In this document: in pieces, positions 48,550 through 57,407 of the stretch | Position numbering within the stretch: the first letter of the stretch is position 1 | Layout: every line of letters begins with the position of its first letter | Virus record (IMG/VR): IMGVR_UViG_3300045988_150439 | Source of the DNA: a virus | Lineage: Duplodnaviria > Heunggongvirae > Uroviricota > Caudoviricetes | Reading direction: 5' to 3' (one strand) | DNA length: 64,000 nucleotides | Notes under the pieces: model-generated | What the model saw: only the letters and a program-made list of their open reading frames with translations | Database searches by the model: none | Told to the model about the DNA's origin: nothing | Position numbers and translations under genes: made by a program

Positions 48550-49022
48550 AGATGATAGCTGCTGTTGGCCGTAACTATGAGATCGGCATAGCGAACGAAC
48601 TGCCCTGGCGTTGTTCTACCGATCTGAAGCTATTTAAGAGACTCACCAAAAACGCCACTGTCGTTATGGGGCGTAAAACGATGGAAAGTCTCAAACGCCC
48701 TCTTCCAGAGCGTCATAACCTCGTTTTGACGCGCTCTCATGGCTTTGTACCAAATGGATTCTACCCTGCTGGTGTGGATGATGTGTTGCGATTACCAGAG
48801 CCTGTGTGGGTGATTGGCGGGGAACAAATTTACTCGCTATTCATGCCGCATGTTGAAGAGATTTGGCTCTCCCACATCGGCGTTGATGTGCCAAACGCCG
48901 ATGCATTCTTCCCGGCAAGCATGATGCGTAATTTAGGCTTTGTGCCTGTTGAAACAGTTTTTACCCAACGAGCCAGCGAGGAAGAGCCTGGCTTTTCGCA
49001 GATCGTATACAGAAGGTCGTAA
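48546..49022 (+). CDS. folA: dihydrofolate reductase
   Basis: MIAAVGRNYEIGIANELPWR, VVMGRKTMESL and VWVIGGEQIY are canonical DHFR segments. Confidence 0.8.
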   Translation: MKMIAAVGRNYEIGIANELPWRCSTDLKLFKRLTKNATVVMGRKTMESLKRPLPERHNLVLTRSHGFVPNGFYPAGVDDVLRLPEPVWVIGGEQIYSLFMPHVEEIWLSHIGVDVPNADAFFPASMMRNLGFVPVETVFTQRASEEEPGFSQIVYRRS

Positions 49023-49666
49023 TGGATTACCGGATTGGGATCACTGGTGCTCAGGGCAGTGGGAAAACAACCCTGGCTAAATATATCGACAAACATTACG
49101 GAATCCCTTACGTGGATGCTGGTGTCGGAAGTTTGATGAGCCGCCTCGGTGTTCGAGTAGGTGATTCTATGCCTCTATATGAGCGGCTTCAGATTCAAAT
49201 GGAAATAGCAAAGCATATAGAGCTACTTACGCGTGGTGTTGAAGGCTTTGTTATCGATCGCACACCTGCTGATGTTATGGCCTACACGTTGGATTTGGTC
49301 GGCCATACAAATGAAGATCGGTGTATTGAGTTAGCCCTCGATATCGAAAAGTTTTGCCACAAAACTGCTATTTCAAACTTTAACGCCATTGCTGGCCTAC
49401 GCCCGGGGGTCGCTCTCTCAGAGCGAGATTACTTGCGGTCACAACGAGCATCATTAGACCGTCTGTATGTCGCTCGTATTGATGCGTTGATGTGCGGGGA
49501 ACTGACAAAAATTCACCTGCATCCGCAAAGGGGAGATCTGCAAACCTTCGTCGTTTCCAACCGGTATCGCACAGTTGAAGCAAGAGCCAGATCAGTGATG
49601 AGAATGCTAGATAACGCTGTAGAAAAGATAGAAAACCGGTTCTGTGGCCGAGTGACCGTTCATTAG
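49022..49666 (+). CDS. P-loop NTPase, putative nucleotide kinase
   Basis: Walker A GITGAQGSGKTT at the N-terminus; 214 aa; located in the nucleotide-metabolism cluster. Confidence 0.4.
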   Translation: MDYRIGITGAQGSGKTTLAKYIDKHYGIPYVDAGVGSLMSRLGVRVGDSMPLYERLQIQMEIAKHIELLTRGVEGFVIDRTPADVMAYTLDLVGHTNEDRCIELALDIEKFCHKTAISNFNAIAGLRPGVALSERDYLRSQRASLDRLYVARIDALMCGELTKIHLHPQRGDLQTFVVSNRYRTVEARARSVMRMLDNAVEKIENRFCGRVTVH

Positions 49667-49727
49667 AAATTGTTCGCCTCTTCGACATTGCGACAATAAA
49701 ACTCTCAAAATGGGTTAAGGATAAAAA

Positions 49728-50147
49728 ATGTTTAGTGAAATGTTGCTTGAAGATGAACTGGATCGGAAAACAACAGAGGCTTTGATTCGTGTAGCGGACG
49801 AACATTCCCGGTCGCTTATGAGCGATCGAGAGGCTCGTCTGGCTATTCGTGCCATATTCGAAACTGCGCAGGGGCTTGTTGGTACACAAGTGGGTGAAGC
49901 CATTAACATCGCCATGTCTCAGTTCAGTGAAGGCAGTAAAAAGCCTCTGTTTCCTATGCATTTGATGCTGGCTGGTGGCACGGTGCTTTATATCTCTGTT
50001 TGTCTGGATAGCAACCAAATCAATATTCTCAACACTGTGTCAGGTAAGTGGAAAGATCCGATTGTCTGTGAAACCAGTGAAGAAACTTTGAAAAAAGCGG
50101 CTCAATTTGTACGTAGCGCACTACTTAAGGGCGCTAAGAAGTTGTAA
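49728..50147 (+). CDS. hypothetical protein
   Basis: 139 aa ORF. Confidence 0.4.
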   Translation: MFSEMLLEDELDRKTTEALIRVADEHSRSLMSDREARLAIRAIFETAQGLVGTQVGEAINIAMSQFSEGSKKPLFPMHLMLAGGTVLYISVCLDSNQINILNTVSGKWKDPIVCETSEETLKKAAQFVRSALLKGAKKL

Positions 50148-50156
50148 GGAGTAGTA

Positions 50157-50951
50157 ATGGGACAACCGGTAGACATAACAGGTAAACGTTTTGGAAAGTT
50201 GGTTGCACTTAAATATTCCGGTATTTCAAACAAACAAGGGCGACTTTGGGATTGCATCTGCGATTGCGGCAACACCTGCCTGGTTAGTTACGGGAAGCTA
50301 AATCACGGGGCGACAATATCGTGTGGCTGTGTCTACAACGCACATCGCCGTAGCGTAAAGCCTCATGGTATGAGTAAAACGCCAATTTATCGTATATGGC
50401 TGGGTATGCGGGAACGATGTGAAAAACCAACCCATCACGCCTATAAGTGGTATGGCGGCCGAGGTATCAAAGTCTGCGAGCGGTGGCAAATATTTGAAAA
50501 CTTTTATGCTGACATGGGAGAGCGACCAGAGGGGATGTCTCTTGATCGCAAAGATGTGAATGGTGACTACGAACCTGAAAATTGCAGATGGGCGACTTTT
50601 GAAGAACAGGCCAATAACACGCGTTCAAACTTAATTTTGGAGCATAAGGGGGAAAAGCTGACTCTCTCACAATGGGCTAAAAGAGCCGGGATTCAGACAT
50701 CAACTCTTCACTATCGAATCAAGAAAGGGTGGCCATTAGATCGCGCGCTTAACGCCAGCGTCGACACGTATGCCAACCGAGATAGTAAGCGTCTGATCGA
50801 GTGTCGCGGCAGAACTCAGCGAATTACCGAATGGGCTAGAGAGGTTGGCTTGACTGCGACCATTATATCGCAGCGAATCTTGAGGGGGTGGGATGTTGAA
50901 GCTGCCATCTTCACACCGTCCAAACGACCAGTAAAAGGAGATAAAAAGTGA
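50157..50951 (+). CDS. free-standing homing-endonuclease-like DNA-binding protein (HNH/AP2-like), putative
   Basis: Cys/His cluster CICDCGNTCLVSYGKLNHGATISCGC, AP2-like segment YRIWLGMRERC...YKWYGGRGIKVCERW, and two repeated HTH-like modules (LSQWAKRAGI..., ITEWAREVGL...). Confidence 0.4.
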   Translation: MGQPVDITGKRFGKLVALKYSGISNKQGRLWDCICDCGNTCLVSYGKLNHGATISCGCVYNAHRRSVKPHGMSKTPIYRIWLGMRERCEKPTHHAYKWYGGRGIKVCERWQIFENFYADMGERPEGMSLDRKDVNGDYEPENCRWATFEEQANNTRSNLILEHKGEKLTLSQWAKRAGIQTSTLHYRIKKGWPLDRALNASVDTYANRDSKRLIECRGRTQRITEWAREVGLTATIISQRILRGWDVEAAIFTPSKRPVKGDKK

Positions 50952-51496
50952 TTGCTACAGGGGTGGACATCGAATCAACAGGTCTTGATTTCCTCTCAGG
51001 CCATAAAATCATTGAAATCGCAATGGTGAAGTACGAAATTGAGACACAGACAATGGTTGATAGTTTTGTAATGCGGTTCAACCCGCGTCGCAGTATCGAT
51101 CCGAAAGCGCAAGCGGTACACGGCATCAGTCTTGAAGATTTAGCCGCCGAGCCGTTACTAGCCGATCACGCTTCATCTGTCGCTTCGTATCTCTCTTCTT
51201 CCGATATTTGGATAGCCCACAACGGCGAAGCGTTCGATATTCCGTTTATTAGGCATGAGCTGAAAAGTTACGGTTTTTCGCTTCCAGACATCCCATTGAT
51301 TGACACTCTATTTTCCCTGTGGGCCACAGAAGACGGTAAACGTCCACGCCTTGAAGAGTTGGCCTTCTCTCTTGGCTTTATATACGATCATGCCAAAGCA
51401 CATAGTGCCTTATATGACACAAACTTAATGATGCAATGCTTCTTTAAGGCACGTAATAAGTACGGATTTTTTAAATTACCCTCTGAAATTGTGTAA
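50948..51496 (+). CDS. DnaQ-like 3'-5' exonuclease (DEDDh family)
   Basis: Exo I GVDIESTG, Exo II IAHNGEAFDIPF, Exo III HSALYDT; GTG start with aaggag RBS. Confidence 0.65.
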   Translation: MIATGVDIESTGLDFLSGHKIIEIAMVKYEIETQTMVDSFVMRFNPRRSIDPKAQAVHGISLEDLAAEPLLADHASSVASYLSSSDIWIAHNGEAFDIPFIRHELKSYGFSLPDIPLIDTLFSLWATEDGKRPRLEELAFSLGFIYDHAKAHSALYDTNLMMQCFFKARNKYGFFKLPSEIV

Positions 51497-51499
51497 AAC

Positions 51500-51538
51500 A
51501 AAAGCCTACTTTAAAAAGTTTAAAGTAGGCTTTCTTTT
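51500..51538 (+). terminator. Rho-independent terminator
   Basis: aaagcctacttta...taaagtaggcttt long hairpin followed by cttttaa. Confidence 0.65.
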
Positions 51539-51654
51539 AAAGAACAGTCGCCTTTCAATCATTTCCTGCCTGTATTTAATACTTTTCCGCCTGATAGGTT
51601 TAGTCAAAATGTAGCCATCGAAACGCAAATGTAACCAAACAGAAGGAGACTTAC

Positions 51655-52464
51655 ATGAGTTCGGTTGAAAATGTAATGACAAATTATGATCTGGACGAAC
51701 TGACAGCCATGTTGCAATCACTTGATGAACCGGTAAAAAAAGCTGCACAGGTTGAAAATACTGATGATATTGACGATCTGCTGCTCGGCCTAGATGCTGG
51801 CGTAGCCATGAGTTCTGATGATGTTGCCGAAGAACTGTTCAATGAAGAAAAAGCAGGTGATTTCAGCTCTGCTTTAAATGAGTTGGAGTTAGCGCATGAG
51901 CCTATAAACGTAATTAACGCTGAAAGTGTTGAAGCTGCCGAAAACGAGCCAGAACAATTGGGATTTATTGAGGTTGAAGAGTGTGTTGAGGTTAATGATG
52001 AATTAAAAGTTCAACAGTCAAATGATAGCAACACAAATAAAAAAGCGCGTACTGCAAGAGGTCCTCGTTTTACTCTAAGTGATAAAGATGATGCGTTTTT
52101 CAATAAAGCGGGTTTAGAGAAAGATATTTTTTTAGATGCTTATGAGAACGCGCCTGTCAAAGCAAAGGATAAGATATTAAACCTTCTTAATTGGTTTAGC
52201 GGAGGTCCAGATATTAGTGTTTACACGGTAATTTCCATGAGACACCTTCTCACAGAAAAGAAGGCTACAAGTAATAGTATTAAGATTGCTTTAATGAGCA
52301 ATCCAGAAAAACCGTATCCGCTTAACACTGCGTCAACTCAGGCTGGGCAAATGATGGCTGTATTTCCAGCTACAGGAATTGCTGTTAGAGACGGTGGAAA
52401 TCTAACATTGAACGAAGAATCACCGATCGTTAATAAGTTTGTCGCGGAGTACACTATTGGATGA
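51655..52464 (+). CDS. acidic hypothetical protein
   Basis: 269 aa, strongly D/E-rich N-terminal half. Confidence 0.45.
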   Translation: MSSVENVMTNYDLDELTAMLQSLDEPVKKAAQVENTDDIDDLLLGLDAGVAMSSDDVAEELFNEEKAGDFSSALNELELAHEPINVINAESVEAAENEPEQLGFIEVEECVEVNDELKVQQSNDSNTNKKARTARGPRFTLSDKDDAFFNKAGLEKDIFLDAYENAPVKAKDKILNLLNWFSGGPDISVYTVISMRHLLTEKKATSNSIKIALMSNPEKPYPLNTASTQAGQMMAVFPATGIAVRDGGNLTLNEESPIVNKFVAEYTIG

Positions 52465-52647
52465 CGTTCCCCTACTGAAAATAAAGCCCATAGAGAGCTT
52501 TATAGTGCTGGGTAAGCCAATCACATACCCAGCACCACAAAAACGCGCCAGAGAGCTTCTCGTTTGCATTTCTGGCGCGTTTTATTTGATTGCCAGACAT
52601 AAAATCAAATGCAAAAATAGGTAATCACTTACCTATCGAGAAAGAAG

Positions 52648-53241
52648 ATGATTGCAGCCGAAAAAATCAAACAGCGAAAGCGCGACAACTCTCTTCGTGA
52701 CCTCTGGAGAACACCTGATTGGCTGTTTTCTGCCATTCAACGTTATCTTGGAGTGACATTTGATGTTGACGTTGCCTGCAACAAGGACAACGCAAAGCTG
52801 CCTAATTTCATAGGCATTGAGCGTGATGCTTTGAAATCTGAATGGGGACAGCCAGGTACAATTGCCTTCCTCAATCCACCCTACTCCAAAATCTCCCCCT
52901 GGATTGATGCTGCTATACGTGAGCAGGCTCGCGGAGTTACAACAGTGATGCTAATTCCTCAATCCCTCGATACAAAGTGGTATGAGCGTGCAACAGAGTA
53001 TGCGAATGAGACGATTATTCTGTCTGGTGGCCGCGTAGCGTTTGTCGAGCCTGACGTCAATTTGGGTCAGGTAGAAGTAAACATCAACCCCGGTGGCAGT
53101 ATGCTCGTTGTTTTTCGAGGATTCTGTCAGGACGCTGGGCACTCTATAAGCAAGATCCCTTTGGACGTCATGAAAAGTCTGGGAGGGTATAATCCTGCGA
53201 ATGTGATCAGGAAAAAAAGACCATCAAAGAAGGCTGCTTAG
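52648..53241 (+). CDS. DNA N6-adenine methyltransferase (phage Dam-like)
   Basis: NPPY catalytic motif (FLNPPYSKISPW) and size (197 aa) fit small phage N6A methyltransferases. Confidence 0.6.
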   Translation: MIAAEKIKQRKRDNSLRDLWRTPDWLFSAIQRYLGVTFDVDVACNKDNAKLPNFIGIERDALKSEWGQPGTIAFLNPPYSKISPWIDAAIREQARGVTTVMLIPQSLDTKWYERATEYANETIILSGGRVAFVEPDVNLGQVEVNINPGGSMLVVFRGFCQDAGHSISKIPLDVMKSLGGYNPANVIRKKRPSKKAA

Positions 53242-53262
53242 TTTGCTCTGGCGTCTGTAATT

Positions 53263-53324
53263 AGCCTGCTTCTGTATATATATAAATAACTACATATTAA
53301 TTATTAATATACGGAAGCAGGCTG
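53263..53324. repeat. second copy of the nested palindrome / hairpin seen at 2999-3053
   Basis: Arms agcctgcttctgtatatat / atatacggaagcaggct around an AT-rich loop containing tataaata; followed by gttttgt. Confidence 0.55.
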
Positions 53325-53404
53325 TTTTGTATCAGAGACTCCAGACCTGAACATCACTACAGAATCCACTAGAACCCCTTCCCAGACGCTTTAAAATCGA
53401 TTTT

Positions 53405-53659
53405 ATGAACCACTTTAAGGAAACCAACATGTCATACCCGACTAATGTCGTTGCGCTCGTAGAGAGCGATTTTCTGGCTAAGGCTCGTGAAATGATGAAA
53501 GATCGCGAGCAGGCTTTCAACTTGTACGAATGGGCAATTAAGTGCTTGCATCTTGGGGAGCATCGCGAACTTGTTGAACAGCTTTTAGGTGAGTTGATCA
53601 ACGAGGTGTTTGCCTTGAATGTTCAACTACATGGTCGAGAAAATAATCAATCGAAATGA
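53405..53659 (+). CDS. hypothetical small protein
   Basis: 84 aa ORF (alternative ATG at 53429). Confidence 0.35.
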   Translation: MNHFKETNMSYPTNVVALVESDFLAKAREMMKDREQAFNLYEWAIKCLHLGEHRELVEQLLGELINEVFALNVQLHGRENNQSK

Positions 53660-54241
53660 TAGATAAGTACAAACTATTCATAAAATGAATTGTAAGTGCT
53701 AAGATCTGATAGTTTCCAGTCGTAGACTGGAGACTCGACCTGATGGGTGGGGGTAAGCGTCACTGGCGTCAGGTTTAAAAAAGCTCACTACCAGCGTAGA
53801 ACCGGTGCCGTTTAGGTGTCGGGGAAGGGGGAACCAAAGTGAGCGGAGACAAGGGTCACTTTATGATTGTCGAGTCTGGGGTGTTTCGAGAGGTTGAATC
53901 CAGTACTCCCCTTCATAAAGTGTGGGAAGATCTCGGTTCTGGGGTGCTGTCATCCATAACTTCCCAAGTCTAAGCTGGCAGTAGACTTAGACCATAGCTT
54001 TTCAGGTTATGAAACGACCAGGTTGGTGAGGAATTTTATACTCACCTCCCTGGGAGAGTATTACCTGAAAAGACAACCTCTCACTTCGTTCGAGGTGAAC
54101 TTCACTCACTTCGTTCGTTCAGTTCAGGTTTATAAAAACCTGTTCTGGGAAGTAATTTGTTTATTTTAATAATTATTAACACGCACGCGTGTGCGCACGC
54201 GCGAGGAAAAAATCGGCGCGGCGCTTGATTCAGGAGTTTAT

Positions 54242-54835
54242 ATGACGACGAAGACACCAGCCCGATCGCAAGAAAAAACTCGCAAAAAAGCCAAAAACAA
54301 AAATTCTCCCCGCGCCAATTCCACAACGCCTGTCGTAGAGTTCAATCCCCAGCTTAAAACCGTGAAAATCTTCAGTGATGGCTCTTGCCTTAAAAATCCG
54401 GGTGGCCCGGGCGGTTACGGTATAGTTCTCCAGTATCGTGGTGAGGAACGCGAGTTCTCAGATGGTTTTCATAGCACCACCAATAACCGCATGGAGATGA
54501 TGGGGGCACTTATTGGGCTGGAGCGTTTGAAATATCCATGCAACGTTATTTTGCACTCTGATAGCCAGTATCTGAAAAACGGCATGACACAGTGGATGAA
54601 ATGGTGGAAACGCAATGGATGGGTGACTTCTGACAAAAAACCGGTAAAGAATGTTGATCTGTGGAAGCGTCTGGATGAGGCCGCAAGTCGACATAATGTT
54701 CGCTGGAAGTGGGTTAAAGGTCACGCCGGGCATCGTGAAAATGAAATATGTGATCGACTCGCGAAGATCGCAGCTTTTTCCGCAGCAGATATGCCTCACA
54801 AGAAAGATATTGGTTTTGTTTACAACAAGCAGTAA
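54242..54835 (+). CDS. rnhA: ribonuclease HI
   Basis: [55 protein letters not shown] and [13 protein letters not shown] closely match E. coli RNase HI; start set at the ATG with aggag RBS (track ORF begins at 54191). Confidence 0.85.
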   Translation: MTTKTPARSQEKTRKKAKNKNSPRANSTTPVVEFNPQLKTVKIFSDGSCLKNPGGPGGYGIVLQYRGEEREFSDGFHSTTNNRMEMMGALIGLERLKYPCNVILHSDSQYLKNGMTQWMKWWKRNGWVTSDKKPVKNVDLWKRLDEAASRHNVRWKWVKGHAGHRENEICDRLAKIAAFSAADMPHKKDIGFVYNKQ

Positions 54836-54980
54836 GTAAGTGTTTACCTATCATTTTAAATCATGTATCTTATCAGCGTCAGGATGACAATGTGTCGGTA
54901 AGACACAGTTCCAGGATGGAACGAGAAAGGCGGCTGGCAATCGCCAGCCGCAACTCTTTCTGACACTGGATGGAGTCCAC

Positions 54981-55475
54981 ATGGCACGTCAAACCTATTT
55001 CACTTCTGCAACTAAACGTCCTCGTTCACTACGTCAAATTTTGGCCGAATTATTTAGCGGTCGTGTTCTGTCACGTCTTGATGAACTAGAGACTGCCGTT
55101 CGGTTGCTGAATGAACGTTTAGATAAGCAAGCGTCAGTTGTTGCGAACGTGGGGGCGATTGTTACCTCTGGTTCTTCACGCGAAGCGAAAAGTACACGGC
55201 CTTTAGTGAAGGAGAAAAACAACAAGGACAGTTCGAATGGAAAATTTTCAAAGAAAGAGGCTGAAACCAATGGCCTACGTTCTCATTATAGTTTCACTGG
55301 CGACGATAGCCGTTCCAGCCGGCCAGAGCCTTTTGATGCCGGGTTCATCCATCACCACACCTCCGTCGACGACAATTACCACCACTCCAGTAGAGCGTCC
55401 TGTCACTCTGGATGGGATGACGGTGGATGCGATACCTCAAGTTCATCCAGTTACTCAGGATCATGCTGTGACTAA
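54981..55475 (+). CDS. hypothetical protein (C-terminal part doubtful)
   Basis: N-terminal 90 aa look like a real helical protein; the C-terminal third is low-complexity and overlaps a better-supported gene in another frame. Confidence 0.3.
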   Translation: MARQTYFTSATKRPRSLRQILAELFSGRVLSRLDELETAVRLLNERLDKQASVVANVGAIVTSGSSREAKSTRPLVKEKNNKDSSNGKFSKKEAETNGLRSHYSFTGDDSRSSRPEPFDAGFIHHHTSVDDNYHHSSRASCHSGWDDGGCDTSSSSSYSGSCCD

Positions 55476-55488
55476 GGCGGTTGTATGA
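55270..55488 (+). CDS. small membrane-anchored protein
   Basis: ATG with agagg RBS; hydrophobic N-terminus MAYVLIIVSLATIAV then Thr/Pro-rich segment. Confidence 0.3.
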   Translation: MAYVLIIVSLATIAVPAGQSLLMPGSSITTPPSTTITTTPVERPVTLDGMTVDAIPQVHPVTQDHAVTKAVV

Positions 55489-55682
55489 ACTGGTTTTCAA
55501 ATCACTTTGGAAAAACTTGGCTGGCGATTCTGGCTTTCATAGCTCTCATGGCCGCCGGTTGGGTATCGAACATTGTAAAACTCGTTTGCTCTGGTGATCT
55601 CCAGTTTCAGGCTGGTATGACCTTGGCTCGTGTTGTTGGGATTTTTGTTTTTCCAGTCGGTTCGGTACTTGGTTATTTCTGA
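55485..55682 (+). CDS. small membrane protein
   Basis: 65 aa with two hydrophobic segments. Confidence 0.35.
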   Translation: MNWFSNHFGKTWLAILAFIALMAAGWVSNIVKLVCSGDLQFQAGMTLARVVGIFVFPVGSVLGYF

Positions 55683-55775
55683 CGGTTGTTAGTGCATATG
55701 CATTGACCGTCTTTTCGTAAGCAATTCATGTAACTAGAAAACAACTTGTTTTAACAAATAATAAAAGGAAAGCAC

Positions 55776-56201
55776 ATGTTAGGTTTATTCAAAAAGAAAA
55801 CTCGTAAAGCTGTTATCGAGGTCAAAAAAATGGAGAACCGAGATGCGGTTGAAGCCACCGTGTGGGGCGCGTACATGATCTCCTATGCCGATGGCACATG
55901 CGACGCAAAGGAAATTTCCATTCTTGAGAAAACAATTGCAGCTCTGCCTGCGTTTTCTCCGTTTGCTGGTGAGATTGCCCAAATGAGCGCCAATATCCGT
56001 GCTCAATACGAAGCCTCACCGCGCCGCGCTAATGCCCAGGCTTTACGTGAGCTGGCTGATGTGGCCGGGACTAATGATGCAGTAGATGTACTGTGTCTGT
56101 GCCTTGATATTGCCGACCAAGACGGTATTGGCGAACAAGAAGAGCTGGCCCTGAAAAAGATCGCACAGGCGCTTCAGTTGTCACTGGATGCTTATCTCTA
56201 A
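55776..56201 (+). CDS. TerB-like domain protein, putative
   Basis: 141 aa all-helical; segments AYMISYADGTCDAKEISILE and LCLCLDIADQDGIGEQEELALKKIA resemble the TerB/DjlA N-terminal domain pattern. Confidence 0.4.
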   Translation: MLGLFKKKTRKAVIEVKKMENRDAVEATVWGAYMISYADGTCDAKEISILEKTIAALPAFSPFAGEIAQMSANIRAQYEASPRRANAQALRELADVAGTNDAVDVLCLCLDIADQDGIGEQEELALKKIAQALQLSLDAYL

Positions 56202-56359
56202 TGCTTGAGAGATTCCGGCTTGTGACCGTCATTGCTCTTCTGGTGATGGCGGTGTTGGTGGATTTTACGGGAAAGATGATGTCTGTCATTTCTGATGGCG
56301 TCCTCATTGGTCTGGCGATCTACTTCGCTTATCCGCTAGTCCGTAAAGCAACGTGTTAA
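56201..56359 (+). CDS. small membrane protein (52 aa)
   Basis: Below the track cutoff; ATG overlaps the previous stop (TAATG); hydrophobic throughout. Confidence 0.3.
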   Translation: MLERFRLVTVIALLVMAVLVDFTGKMMSVISDGVLIGLAIYFAYPLVRKATC

Positions 56360-56360
56360 T

Positions 56361-56389
56361 GACAAGGGCCAAATGGCCCTTGTGTTTCG
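56361..56389 (+). terminator. Rho-independent terminator
   Basis: acaagggcc-aaat-ggcccttgt followed by gtttcg. Confidence 0.6.
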
Positions 56390-56498
56390 TTGACCGAAAT
56401 AGAGAGTTTGCACCTTTACGTTTAGCTTGCTCCCCTTTTATGCCACATCACAATAAAGCCAATAAGAAAACAACTTGTTTAAGCATTAGGAAAAACAC

Positions 56499-57068
56499 AT
56501 GTGCAAGAAATGCAAAGCGATAGCTGATGAACAAAACGCCTTATTCGAAGAAATGGATGCTAATGAACTGGTCAAAATGTTAGCCATTCTTCGAGGAATA
56601 GAAGACGTTTCCATATTTGAGAGAGTGGTTACAGCACTTAATTTTGAGTCCACCTTTGAAGAGCCAACTCAGGTTGTAGCTTTAGCACATCATTTCGGTG
56701 TTCATTATCTTGCTGAAAAAGAGCGCGCTGATAAGTTGCAGGCGGCTTTGGATATGGTGAGCGAGACTCAACGAACTGATGACACTAACAAGAGTGAGGC
56801 GATTATTGCCAGCAAAGATCGTGAAATTGCTGGGCTTAAATCCTCTCTAACGATGTTGATGTCTGCGTTCAATCTTATGTCTTCTCAGGCGGGTTATAAA
56901 ATGCCATCACTAAACAGTGATGATCCGATGGCCGTTCGTCAGCTTTTGGGAGCAATGGCCGACCAACTCGACGACACAAAGAGTCGGCTTGAAGACATGA
57001 TGCGTGAGTTAAGCCATCGACATAACCTCGCAACACAGCCACACAAAGCCTTTCAAAGCTCTAATTGA
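56499..57068 (+). CDS. hypothetical protein
   Basis: 189 aa; preceded by the gaaaacaacttgttt motif. Confidence 0.45.
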   Translation: MCKKCKAIADEQNALFEEMDANELVKMLAILRGIEDVSIFERVVTALNFESTFEEPTQVVALAHHFGVHYLAEKERADKLQAALDMVSETQRTDDTNKSEAIIASKDREIAGLKSSLTMLMSAFNLMSSQAGYKMPSLNSDDPMAVRQLLGAMADQLDDTKSRLEDMMRELSHRHNLATQPHKAFQSSN

Positions 57069-57123
57069 TCTGATATGGCCGCATGATCGGCCATATTGTG
57101 TTGATAAAAAACAAGGATGAAAA

Positions 57124-57405
57124 ATGGCATACGGTACAGGGATTTACAACAATAAAGGAATTAACGTTACTGGCTTCCTTACTCCTATTTTTTTTCTTGA
57201 TCGATTTACTGCGTCATCAGGCTCTAAGACGTACTCCAATCCGCCACCGGGTAAATCGCTACATGCCGTGTGGTCATTGATGCCTCTTAACAACGACAAC
57301 TACATTAATTTACCTGTTCCAACAGTTACTATTAATGGAAATACGGTTAGTTGGTCAAATTTATATACGGGGCTTGGTTCTTACATATACACATACTGGG
57401 GATAA
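57124..57405 (+). CDS. hypothetical protein (AT-rich, beta-rich)
   Basis: 93 aa with aagga RBS; Asn/Tyr/Thr/Ser-rich. Confidence 0.4.
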   Translation: MAYGTGIYNNKGINVTGFLTPIFFLDRFTASSGSKTYSNPPPGKSLHAVWSLMPLNNDNYINLPVPTVTINGNTVSWSNLYTGLGSYIYTYWG

Positions 57406-57407
57406 TT

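Noticed and set aside
53700-54190. Protein-coding gene in the ORF-free gap before rnhA
   Set aside because: No ORF of 60 codons or more on the plus strand; the only long ORF is a minus-strand one (54102-54326) overlapping the rnhA start region.
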